Shown piece after piece: positions 9,301-17,930 of a stretch of 48,371 nt of DNA (position 1 is its first letter; every line of letters begins with the position of its first letter). Location: IMG/VR virus record IMGVR_UViG_3300025451_000019, positions 1 to 48,371 of that record. The stretch is one strand, 5' to 3'. Origin of the DNA: a virus (Duplodnaviria; Caudoviricetes). The position numbers and the translations under genes are program-made. The notes under the pieces are model-generated. The model had not been told where the DNA came from. It did not search any database and was given only the letters and a program-made list of their open reading frames with translations.

Positions 9301-11876
9301 GCACAATGCAAGAACTTCGTCCATATTACAAAATGGATCAGGTATCTTTATTTGAAGATATTGGTGCAGCCCTAAGCAGAACTGGAAGAAACTACGAAGT
9401 TAATGGAGATCTAGTAACATTAAAAATTGCTAGCACTACGCCTTTAGTAAAACAACTGAGATCTTCTCACGCAGAATCTGTCAACCCATTTGACGTATAC
9501 TCATTTGCTGGTACAGTTACTATTAATCCTTGGTCAGATACTTGGTTTGAAACTAAACGTCGTCCTGATATCATTATCAATGATGAAGGTCAATATAATG
9601 CTGTAGTTAATAAAGCTATTTCGGATGGTGTTTTAGGAACAGTTTGGAACGCTCCTCAGACTCTTTGGTTTGGCGAAACACTTATAAGTTCAACTGCAGA
9701 TAAAGCTATTCGTCAAAATGGTGTTGGATTAGACTTCGACGCTAAGTATGGTATTGCAACTCGTAGAGATACTTCTGCATCTGATTTTAACTATGGCGTT
9801 CGTATAGTTACGACTAATACGATTGCTGTTAATTCTAGTGGTGTTCGTACTGGTACTACTAAATTTATTACTGAGAAAACTGAAAATACAGTTATAAGCG
9901 ATAAATTAGTATCTACTGAACTTATTCCATATATGAGATCGCGCAACATCTTGTTTAGAGGCGAAGCCTTTAAACCAGAGACAAGAATGTACACGTTCTT
10001 TGACGGCATCAACGTTGATCAGTACATCAAACCTACGAAAAGAATTGAAGTCGTTGGATATGGCGCAACTACAACACCGCCAACATTTTTGTTAAATACT
10101 AACGTTGGTTCAAACGTAAATTCTACTGCTAGAAAAGTAAGCGGTCTTGTCGAAAGTTCATACACCTACGGCGAAGTTCTAAGTGAATACGTATCTGTTA
10201 GCGGAGGAGCTGGAACACTTACTGGCGTGACTTGTGTACTATTAGGTCAAGAAACTAAAGGCGCAACATATCTATTGTATATCGATAATATTCTTGGCGG
10301 TAGTTTGCATAGCGATTCAGGTTCAAACGTCTATTACTTAAAAGGTGAATTTACTAATGGAACTATTAAGTACATCTCGTCAAGTTCGTATAATCAATTA
10401 AACCCAACGACGTTAAGTACTACATATAGCGGTCAGCTCTACGGAACATTCAGTATTCCAAATGATGCGTCTATGAGTTTTAGAACTGGTGTAAGACAAC
10501 TTAGATTTACAGATAGTTCAAGTAATAATACTAAGAATGAACTTACGTATTCTGAACAGTCGTATGAATCACGCGGTACTATCGAATGGATGGAAAAAAC
10601 AATTCTATCTACTAGAACTGCACAGGTATCATCTGCTCAAGTTTCTGAAACATGGACGCTGAATACTACTCGCCAGGCCGTTGGTTCTGACACTGGTTGG
10701 TATGATCCGTTAGCACAGACATTCTTAGTAGACGTAACGGGTGGCGCATTCATAACAGACGTAGATCTATTCTTTGCTTCTGTAGATGCTACTATACCTA
10801 TTAAGATTGAGATTAGAAATGTTGTCAATGGATACCCTGGTCCTGTCATAGTTCCATTTAGTACTGTGATTAAGTATCCATCTGCAATTGGAGTAGATGC
10901 TTTAAGAGGTTCCGTTGCAACTAACTTCAAATTCCCTTCTCCAATTTATCTTCAAGCTAACACAGAGTATTGTCTATGTATGTTTGCAGATTCGGCGAAA
11001 TACAAATTGTGGGTCGCGCAATCTGGTGAGATCGACGTCAATGGCTCTGGTTTAATTTCTGGTCAGCCTTATGCTGGCGTATTATTTAAATCACAGAATG
11101 CGTCAACGTGGACAGCAGACCAATCACAAGATTTAAAATTCCAAATGAATCGTGCAGTATTTAATACTAATACTGCTACTCTTGATTTGGTTAATGCACA
11201 TAGAACTTCTGATCTATATTTTGACGTGTTACAAGCAAACGCTAGTAACATTATTCTTACCGACACAAATATTACTAGTGCGTATATCGATAGCAATTCT
11301 ACAAGCACTGATATTAACTTAGGTGAAAATGCATATTTCACTTCTCCAAAATTAGTGAAGTCTTCTACCAATGAGGCTGGAACGCCTTCGATGAAACTTA
11401 GATTAAATATGTCTACTACTAGAAATAACGTTTCTCCAGTAGTAGACTTAAGCAGATGCAGTGCTACTATGCTCAGCAATGTCATTGATAGCATCGCTGT
11501 TGACAATGAAACGTTGCCAGACGTTGGTCTTGCAACTGCTAAATATGTAACTAAGCAAATCAATTTAAATGATGCGGCAACTACTGTTAGAATTCTATTC
11601 AGTGCATGTGTTCCTAATTTAGCAAATACAGATGTTGACGTATATTATAAAGTAGGAGATTCTGCTTCCACAACATTTGCAACAGCGTCTTATACGCTGT
11701 TGACACCTACTACTCCATATGTGAAGACTCAAAATTCTAAATCATTTACAGAAGCACAATATTTGGTTGAAGACATAACACCATTCACTGCTATTAGAGT
11801 CAAGTTAGTGTTAAAATCTGATAACACCTCGCAAGTGCCTAGAGTAAAAGACTTACGAGTATTGGTATATGCATAA
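6306..11876 (+). CDS. Large virion structural protein, DUF4815/VrlC-like
   Basis: N-terminus 'FNIEPFFDDY..DKFYRILFRPGYAIQARELTQMQTILQ', plus 'LARRTYDESGDY', 'KRYTMRDIGRLESRIKNLEYYTSLS', 'WYDPLAQTF' and C-terminal 'PRVKDLRVLV'. These match the giant baseplate-associated protein of cyanophage-like T4s. Confidence 0.85.
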   Translation: MALDFNIEPFFDDYSEDDKFYRILFRPGYAIQARELTQMQTILQQQIKRQGDHLFKNGSMVIPGQISYDNNTPYVKLKASISSSTSVSTFSILSSVIGKTYRGAVSGVEAIVLAATPLEVVSGVTEADTLFVKYTRGAGKFTYGEIISPTDGSSGLDLIVQDSAIDALTLGVGTTATIERGIYYIKDNFVLVTAQTAVLSKYSSTPSVKAGLQVIEDIKYPEDDGYDVLLDNALGSPNYAAPGAARYYIDLVLKAVEYDLVIDPYEFIPLLTLLNGSIQFMVDKTEYAQIEKTLARRTYDESGDYTVRPFPIQVKEYRNNYRTWAANTTFITGDIVYQNSTTYKCILNHTSATTGAFAIGSNWIEDTTPRYNYGLYAGPTYSTSISTEITPLTTLMSLAVEPGKAYVKGHEVEKIATQYLTIDKARTISAYEPTTLKTSPGNYIVVNTVNYIPDIATVITFYDRVGTAGVLPVGGVVVATARAKQIQLHSTGKYKLFLFDIQVVAGKNFSRDAKFAYSAIGATAPLRFTAQIEATLVQVPGNFVTATSSTTINAVNSTFINDFKVGDYINVSGTNRFVSTVVSNNQLTVDVAVAVLSTATNVYRVEATVNDPTGVVSVYPIPRYATNSTQNLKYTFYKKALSQSASVTITETGYAFGASTDATNYIVVDRLTGAHQTITTGTPTAGQFKVVVSGSSATFTMTAGTTYDIIYAIRKAVNGSVSKQKVLTNITETGLTLTSGSVTLTKSDGFELIKVVNASSVDITSSFTFNGGQTESYCGLSSISTTATVTGAISVTYSYLNHLAGGDYIAVNSYTAGSSNVTYEELPSVFMNTIDFRPRRNNDGTWDGAVVPKYGEDTDVEYNYYYGRIDKLSIDTTGTLIITKGIPGESPTEGKSPDNAMDLYLFYIEPYTFTAEYGIASQKIENKRYTMRDIGRLESRIKNLEYYTSLSMLEQNTINAKSYDKYGIERPQNGFLVDSFNGQGVGDVLSTDWKASIDSTMQELRPYYKMDQVSLFEDIGAALSRTGRNYEVNGDLVTLKIASTTPLVKQLRSSHAESVNPFDVYSFAGTVTINPWSDTWFETKRRPDIIINDEGQYNAVVNKAISDGVLGTVWNAPQTLWFGETLISSTADKAIRQNGVGLDFDAKYGIATRRDTSASDFNYGVRIVTTNTIAVNSSGVRTGTTKFITEKTENTVISDKLVSTELIPYMRSRNILFRGEAFKPETRMYTFFDGINVDQYIKPTKRIEVVGYGATTTPPTFLLNTNVGSNVNSTARKVSGLVESSYTYGEVLSEYVSVSGGAGTLTGVTCVLLGQETKGATYLLYIDNILGGSLHSDSGSNVYYLKGEFTNGTIKYISSSSYNQLNPTTLSTTYSGQLYGTFSIPNDASMSFRTGVRQLRFTDSSSNNTKNELTYSEQSYESRGTIEWMEKTILSTRTAQVSSAQVSETWTLNTTRQAVGSDTGWYDPLAQTFLVDVTGGAFITDVDLFFASVDATIPIKIEIRNVVNGYPGPVIVPFSTVIKYPSAIGVDALRGSVATNFKFPSPIYLQANTEYCLCMFADSAKYKLWVAQSGEIDVNGSGLISGQPYAGVLFKSQNASTWTADQSQDLKFQMNRAVFNTNTATLDLVNAHRTSDLYFDVLQANASNIILTDTNITSAYIDSNSTSTDINLGENAYFTSPKLVKSSTNEAGTPSMKLRLNMSTTRNNVSPVVDLSRCSATMLSNVIDSIAVDNETLPDVGLATAKYVTKQINLNDAATTVRILFSACVPNLANTDVDVYYKVGDSASTTFATASYTLLTPTTPYVKTQNSKSFTEAQYLVEDITPFTAIRVKLVLKSDNTSQVPRVKDLRVLVYA

Positions 11877-12093
11877 TCAGGTAAGCATTGAAAATGAGAT
11901 AGGCATGGTTAGAGATATTTCTAGCCATGCTGTATTGTGCAGCGCGAAACACAAGATATTGGACTATAATGTCAAAAGACAAGTTGCAGAGCAAAGAGAT
12001 ATGCTAATCAAGAGTCATGAAGAGCAAATAAATAATCTAAAGAGCGACATAACCAGCATAAAAGATATGCTGACTGCTCTAATGCAAAGGTAA
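11869..12093 (+). CDS. Small coiled-coil hypothetical protein
   Basis: Overlaps the upstream stop. The 'MVRDISSHAVL...INNLKSDITSIKDML' pattern commonly follows the VrlC-like gene in T4-like phages. Confidence 0.7.
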   Translation: MHNQVSIENEIGMVRDISSHAVLCSAKHKILDYNVKRQVAEQRDMLIKSHEEQINNLKSDITSIKDMLTALMQR

Positions 12094-12096
12094 AAA

Positions 12097-13686
12097 ATGG
12101 CACTAGTTTTTAGAACAGATCAGTCAACACCTCTAACAAATGATCAGTTAGACGGCAACTTCAAATACTTGCGTGATCAGTTACTTCTAAAGTATTTGAT
12201 CAGTGACTTTACTGCTGTAAACATTTCAGCTAAACTAAATACACTTGCAGTTGGCCAAACTACTACTCTTCAACTCGCAGAAACAAATGCAATTAATGCA
12301 TGGACTGTAAAAGATTTAGCGCCTTCATCTACGCTGCCGGGTTCTACTGACAAATCATCTTTAGTATCTAGAAATTCTAGCGGTGATATCACAGTATCAA
12401 CGGTGTATGGCGCACTTTCTGGCACTGCGTCTGCGGCAACTTTAGCTGCAGGAGCAACTAAATTACAAACGGCAAGAGCAATTAATGGAATTTCGTTTGA
12501 TGGTACTGCCGACATTACTATCGCAGATTCGACAAAACTAGCATTAACTGGTGGAACGTTAAGTGGAAAGCTGACACTCGCTCCAGCATCTGCAGTTCTA
12601 TCTTCAATTAATTTTGGAACTAGTTCTACTGCTCCATCGAGTCCAGTCAATGGCGATGTATGGGCAACTATTGCTGGTCTATTCTTTAGAATTAATAGTA
12701 CTACATATAAGACTGCGCAGATAGATAGTCCTACTTTCACTGGAGTAGTATCAGCGCCTGGTTACACTGGCGTAGCTGATCAAGTTATTACTATAAGTCA
12801 TCTTGATGCTGCTAAAGTTGTTTTAAATGCAGCTATTGCACTAAAATCAAATACGGCTAGTCCTGCTTTCACTGGAACTCCATTAGCACCAACGGCTGCA
12901 TCAGGTAATAATACCACACAGATCGCCACAACTGCTTTCGTTACTACTGCAGCTACTAATAATGCTACCACTCTAACTGCAGCATATCAATCGTACACTA
13001 CTTCTGCTATTACGACATTCAGTAATAGCAATAATATTGCATTAGCATTAAAATCTAATTTAGTAAGTCCTGAGTTTACTGGCGTACCAAGAGCACCAAC
13101 AGCGGCATCGACCGATAATAGCACACAGATCGCCACTACTGCGTTTGCAAACAGTGCGGCTGCAACAGTTCAACAGCAGTTAAACGCAGCAGTTATTGCA
13201 TTGAATAACGCTATTGCATCTACTCGTCCAGTTCCAGTTGGTGCAGTATTCTACATGCTAAAGGCTACGGTGCCTTATGGGTATCTAGAAGCAAATGGTC
13301 AAGCGGTGTCTAGAACAACATATGCAGACTTATGGAACTATCTAGGTCAACCTAATACTGGCAATGGTAGTAGTACGTTTAACATTATCGATCTACGTGC
13401 AGAATTCATTCGTGGTTGGGATGATGGAAGAGGCGTTGACACAAATCGTGTTATTGGTTCATCTCAATTGTCGGATAATTTAGCTCACAATCACGGTAGT
13501 GCTGGTGACGATCAATTGGGTTGGGCTGCAGGTGTTGCTGGTTGGCCAGGAACAAGTCGTGGCACATTCCAATATGACGCAAACTCAAAATATGGTGGTG
13601 GCTCTCAAATTTGGGATACAACAACTGATGGTGGAAGTGAATCTCGTCCACGAAATGTCGCTCTGATGCCTATCATCAAGTGGTAA
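12097..13686 (+). CDS. Tail fibre with C-terminal phage tail-collar domain (short-fibre-like)
   Basis: Repeats 'SPxFTGxPxAPTAAxxxNxTQIATTAF', a collar domain 'PVGAVFY...GYLEANGQAVSRTTYADLW...FNIIDLRAEFIRGWDDGRGVD', and a tip 'ESRPRNVALMPIIK'. Confidence 0.88.
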   Translation: MALVFRTDQSTPLTNDQLDGNFKYLRDQLLLKYLISDFTAVNISAKLNTLAVGQTTTLQLAETNAINAWTVKDLAPSSTLPGSTDKSSLVSRNSSGDITVSTVYGALSGTASAATLAAGATKLQTARAINGISFDGTADITIADSTKLALTGGTLSGKLTLAPASAVLSSINFGTSSTAPSSPVNGDVWATIAGLFFRINSTTYKTAQIDSPTFTGVVSAPGYTGVADQVITISHLDAAKVVLNAAIALKSNTASPAFTGTPLAPTAASGNNTTQIATTAFVTTAATNNATTLTAAYQSYTTSAITTFSNSNNIALALKSNLVSPEFTGVPRAPTAASTDNSTQIATTAFANSAAATVQQQLNAAVIALNNAIASTRPVPVGAVFYMLKATVPYGYLEANGQAVSRTTYADLWNYLGQPNTGNGSSTFNIIDLRAEFIRGWDDGRGVDTNRVIGSSQLSDNLAHNHGSAGDDQLGWAAGVAGWPGTSRGTFQYDANSKYGGGSQIWDTTTDGGSESRPRNVALMPIIKW

Positions 13687-13692
13687 TAAATA
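13685..13692 (+). promoter_or_regulatory. Late promoter variant AATAAATA
   Basis: Overlaps the upstream stop codon and is followed by SD GAGG and the ATG at 13722. The same variant occurs at 12027, 17316, 28026, 31355, 38136 and 41613. Confidence 0.55.
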
Positions 13693-13721
13693 AACAAATA
13701 CCGACTAAGAGGACAAAGTAA

Positions 13722-16700
13722 ATGGCAAATATAGTTTATAGAGGCGCTGCGGCTCCAACAGCTGTTAACACAGCTGCTAACAAGAATGCACCGCTAACTA
13801 ATGACGAAATCGATAAGAATTTATTTGCGTTAAACGTAGGCCCAACAATTGGAACTACCACGATCTCTCCTGGTACTTCTTCTACTACACTCGCTGGACT
13901 AACCTCAGTTACAACCACTAGATTATTAGCGGGTGATGGTACTGCGGCGTCACCATCGATTACATTCGCTTCAGACGGCGCCACCGACACCGGTTTCTAT
14001 TCTGGTACCGATGGTTATACTTTCTTCACTAACAATGGTGTTAAAACTGGCGAAATTCAACCTGGCGGCCACTTAGTAACAGTTGGCGACATTACAGTTG
14101 GCGGCAACTTAATCGTTAGTGGTACTACAACGACTATCAATTCTACAACACTAACGGTAGACGATATCAACATTGAATTAGGAAGCGTAGCAAGTCCAAG
14201 CGATGCAACTGCAAATGGTGGCGGCATTACGTTAAAAGGCGCATCAGATAAGACCATTGCTTGGGATAGTACGAATTCTAACTGGACGTCCAACCAAGAC
14301 TGGAATCTTGTAACCGGTAAAGCATTTGAGATTAACGCTGTTTCTGTTCTTAACGCTACTACTCTTGGTAGTAGCGTTGTCAACTCTAGTCTTACAAAGT
14401 TAGGCACTGGTGCAGGCTTCGTAAAGTCAGATGCATCAGGTAACTTAACGGTTGATACTTCTACATATTCATTGTCATCACATGGTCACTTTATAGGTAC
14501 CACTGCTGTACAAGCATCTTCAGCAAATCAAGCTGTTACTGGCATTTTATCAGTAACTGGCGGTGCTGCATCAAACTTCACACTAAAAACTGCTGACGTG
14601 GCAAGTGCTGCTACGGGAATCTTATACATTGTCAGTGGCGATGTCACCGCTGGAAACGCTTCATCTGGTTCAGTTGGAATAAATTCAGGTAATGGATTTG
14701 GAACGCAATCTGCTGGTTCGGTGTCAATTTATTCTGGAGATGGCGGAGCATCGTCAACAACTGGTGGCAACGTCAGCATTCAAGGTGGCGGTTCTAGAGC
14801 AGCTACTTCAACGGGTGGTAACGTTAGTGTTCGTGGTGGATCTGCTCTATCTACCGCTACTACTGCAGCCACTGGTGGTAACGTCTTTATCCTTGGCGGT
14901 AGAACTTATAATGCAAGTGGAACAAAAGCAGGCGGTAATGTCTATATAGACGGCGGCATTGACGGTTCTACCGCATCACAGTACGTTGCTACAGCTGGAA
15001 CTGTCAACATTGGTAATAATTCTAGCGGGGTTGGTGGAGCGGGCACATCGGCGGTAAATATTGGAAGTACTTCTGCGATTACAACCATTAACGGTATAGT
15101 TAAACTTCCAACTGTTGGTACATCTGGACTTGTTAAACTTGGTGCTGGTGGTCAATTAAGTGCTGACACTACTACATACGCAACTGGTAACGGTACTGCA
15201 ACTGGCACTAATACTGGCGACCAAACTATTGGCGATGGCGCTTTGACAGTATCTAGTTCTGCTGGAGCAACCAACACTAGCGCAACATTAGCATTAAGCG
15301 GAGCATATAGCGCTAATACTGCAACTGCTAGAAGTCTTAATTTTACAGTTGGCCCAGCATTAACAAATCTTTCAACGTTTATGACTACAGCTACGGCTGG
15401 TTTCATTAAACGTACTGCACAAGATACATACGCTATTGACACCACCGCTTATTATTCTGCTAGTAACGCTCCACCATATCCAGCAGAAGCAGACACACTT
15501 GCAACAGTCACTGGACGTGGGGCGAGTACTACAACTTTATCTACTTTCTCGGGTGGATTGAATGCATCTGGCGGATTGAACGTATCAGGTGGTGCACTTA
15601 CAGTCTCTAAGATTGGAACCGATTCTCTAATAACATTCCCAGCGCAGACTAATGATCCTGGTTACATCAAGCATTACGAAAACAATAATACTGCTGTGAT
15701 GTATTTCTCAGTGTCTGATGATGCTGGTAGTACTGATTACTTCTCATTTGGTGGTACTAGTGGCGCTGCTGGCGCGTTCGCCGAAGGACTTAAACTTACA
15801 GCAGGCGGTATTATTACTGTAGCTACGTGGAACGCAAACTCAATTGCCACTTCATACACTGACGCTAAGATAAAGAGTATTACTGGAACAGCCCCTATTT
15901 CAGTAAGTGATTCTGCCGGCGCCGTAACTCTAAGTCATGCTACAAGCGGCGTAACTGCTGGTACTTGGAATAACGTTACTGTTAATACGCTTGGTCACGT
16001 TACTAGTGGATCTAACACCGCTTATCTAACAGCAGAAGCAGACACGCTTGCAACAGTCACTGCTCGCGGAGCAAGTACAACAACCGCATCTACTTTCTCT
16101 GGTGGTATTACTGGCACTCTTACTGGAAACGCTTCTAGCGCAACCAATGCGTATGTCGGACAAACTACGAACACGGTTAATTATGATTATTTGCTATGTT
16201 TAGCTGCAGGCGTAGATCAAAACATAGCACTGAAAGCAGATGGTTCTGGTGGACCTACATATAATCCATTAAGAAACGCACTATCTCTTGACGGATTCAC
16301 ATCACATATCTGGGCGTATCCAGCTCTTCAACTTGGAAGAGATTGGAGCATATCTCAAGATGCATCTAGTTATTCGTTTGCGGCGGGTTGTAAAGCGACT
16401 ACAGCAAGTGCATGGACCGGCACTGGATCTTTTGCTAAGGCAATGAGATTTAGTTTAGATCCAAATGCGGGTACTTTCTATTGGTATGTTAAACCAACTG
16501 ACACAGCTGATACTACCACTTCAATAAGTTTTAGAACAGCAATGTCATTAGACATTAGTGGAAACTTAAACACTAATGGCGCTATGTCTGGATCTAACCT
16601 ATCTGGAACAAATACTGGCGATGAAACACTAGCAACTATTAAGACAAAGTTAGGTGTCACAACGCTATCTGGTGCTAATACAGGTGATCAGACACTACCA

Positions 16701-17324
16701 ACTACGCTTCCAGCATCTGACGTATATGCTTGGGCTAAAGCTACTAGTAAGCCATCATATGCAATGAATGAAATTAGTAGTGCTGCATTAAGTGCAACTA
16801 GTGGAGCATTCACTGGTAACATCACCATAAACAATGGAAGTCCTACTATTTACTTGCAAGACACAGACAACAGAAGTTGCATGTTGCATTGTAATGACAA
16901 CACACTATACGTGTTAAGAGGCGATGGTACTAATTCTTCTACTTGGGCTACATATAATGGATTGTGGCCGATGCAAGTTAACTTAGAAAATAACGACTTC
17001 ACTTCTGGTGGTAACGTTACAGCATATTCTGACGCTAGACTTAAAGAAAATGTCAGCACTATTAATAGTGCTCTAGATAAGACATTAAAATTGCGTGGAG
17101 TATATTACAATAGAATAGGTGAAGTTGATAGACAGCGTGTTGGCGTTATTGCCCAAGAAATTAAAGAAGTATTGCCAGAAGTAGTAATATCTAATATTGA
17201 TCCTGAAACAAAACAAGACACTCTTTCAGTCGACTATGGCAATATCACAGCATTATTGATCGAAGCAATTAAAGAACTAAATGCTAAAGTAGAAGATCTC
17301 CAAAATCAACTTGCTAATAAATAA
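13722..17324 (+). CDS. Long tail fibre with C-terminal intramolecular chaperone (peptidase S74-like)
   Basis: Thr/Gly/Ala-rich shaft with GGNVxIxGG repeats. The C-terminal 'TAYSDARLKEN...LRGVYY...GVIAQEIKEVLPEVV...SVDYGNITALLIEAIKEL' plus coiled coil is the S74 autocleaving chaperone signature. Confidence 0.88.
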   Translation: MANIVYRGAAAPTAVNTAANKNAPLTNDEIDKNLFALNVGPTIGTTTISPGTSSTTLAGLTSVTTTRLLAGDGTAASPSITFASDGATDTGFYSGTDGYTFFTNNGVKTGEIQPGGHLVTVGDITVGGNLIVSGTTTTINSTTLTVDDINIELGSVASPSDATANGGGITLKGASDKTIAWDSTNSNWTSNQDWNLVTGKAFEINAVSVLNATTLGSSVVNSSLTKLGTGAGFVKSDASGNLTVDTSTYSLSSHGHFIGTTAVQASSANQAVTGILSVTGGAASNFTLKTADVASAATGILYIVSGDVTAGNASSGSVGINSGNGFGTQSAGSVSIYSGDGGASSTTGGNVSIQGGGSRAATSTGGNVSVRGGSALSTATTAATGGNVFILGGRTYNASGTKAGGNVYIDGGIDGSTASQYVATAGTVNIGNNSSGVGGAGTSAVNIGSTSAITTINGIVKLPTVGTSGLVKLGAGGQLSADTTTYATGNGTATGTNTGDQTIGDGALTVSSSAGATNTSATLALSGAYSANTATARSLNFTVGPALTNLSTFMTTATAGFIKRTAQDTYAIDTTAYYSASNAPPYPAEADTLATVTGRGASTTTLSTFSGGLNASGGLNVSGGALTVSKIGTDSLITFPAQTNDPGYIKHYENNNTAVMYFSVSDDAGSTDYFSFGGTSGAAGAFAEGLKLTAGGIITVATWNANSIATSYTDAKIKSITGTAPISVSDSAGAVTLSHATSGVTAGTWNNVTVNTLGHVTSGSNTAYLTAEADTLATVTARGASTTTASTFSGGITGTLTGNASSATNAYVGQTTNTVNYDYLLCLAAGVDQNIALKADGSGGPTYNPLRNALSLDGFTSHIWAYPALQLGRDWSISQDASSYSFAAGCKATTASAWTGTGSFAKAMRFSLDPNAGTFYWYVKPTDTADTTTSISFRTAMSLDISGNLNTNGAMSGSNLSGTNTGDETLATIKTKLGVTTLSGANTGDQTLPTTLPASDVYAWAKATSKPSYAMNEISSAALSATSGAFTGNITINNGSPTIYLQDTDNRSCMLHCNDNTLYVLRGDGTNSSTWATYNGLWPMQVNLENNDFTSGGNVTAYSDARLKENVSTINSALDKTLKLRGVYYNRIGEVDRQRVGVIAQEIKEVLPEVVISNIDPETKQDTLSVDYGNITALLIEAIKELNAKVEDLQNQLANK

Positions 17325-17342
17325 AGCAAGAGGAATAATAAA

Positions 17343-17675
17343 ATGGCAATGACAGCATACTTAGATATAGATCAGGGTTCAGACTTCGTCACAGAGATGA
17401 CTCTTGAGAATGATAATGGCACTGCTATGAATCTATTTAGTTTCACAGTGTATTCGCAATTTAGAAAAAGCTATAACTCCAATGTTGGATATAGTTTTAT
17501 CGCCACAGTGACTGATCCATCGAATGGAAAATTTACGCTTTCACTTCCTGGTACTACGTCGTCTAGCATAAAACCTGGAAGATACTTATATGACGTAGAA
17601 ATAGCAAATAGCGCATCTAAGACACGAGTTGTCGAAGGTGTCATTACGATCAATCCTGAAATAACGAAAATATAA
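17343..17675 (+). CDS. Small beta-sandwich virion adaptor protein (BppU N-terminal-like)
   Basis: SD GAGG. 'IDQGSDF...SQFRKSY...GRYLYDVEI...RVVEGVITINPEIT' is a conserved T4-like structural protein pattern. Confidence 0.7.
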   Translation: MAMTAYLDIDQGSDFVTEMTLENDNGTAMNLFSFTVYSQFRKSYNSNVGYSFIATVTDPSNGKFTLSLPGTTSSSIKPGRYLYDVEIANSASKTRVVEGVITINPEITKI

Positions 17676-17914
17676 TGAAGATACGCGTAAACACACAAAA
17701 CACTAATACTGTAAGTGTAAACACACAATCTAACAGTGAAGTGATAGCTGTAGGTATTCAGGGACCCGCTGGTCCCAATTTAATATCGCAGGGATCAGAC
17801 GTGGACGTGACAAATTTGAACCACGGTTCTATTCTTGTCTATAAAACAAATACTAATAAATGGACATCTACCACTACGCTTGACGCGCAGGACATGGAAG
17901 GTGGAGAATTTTAA
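17675..17914 (+). CDS. Small fibre-linker protein ending in EGGEF
   Basis: Translationally coupled to the upstream gene (TAATG). Has a collagen-like GIQGPAGP, 'DVDVTNLNHGSILVY...KW' and C-terminal MEGGEF. Confidence 0.7.
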   Translation: MKIRVNTQNTNTVSVNTQSNSEVIAVGIQGPAGPNLISQGSDVDVTNLNHGSILVYKTNTNKWTSTTTLDAQDMEGGEF

Positions 17915-17930
17915 TCGGAGAAAATAAAAA

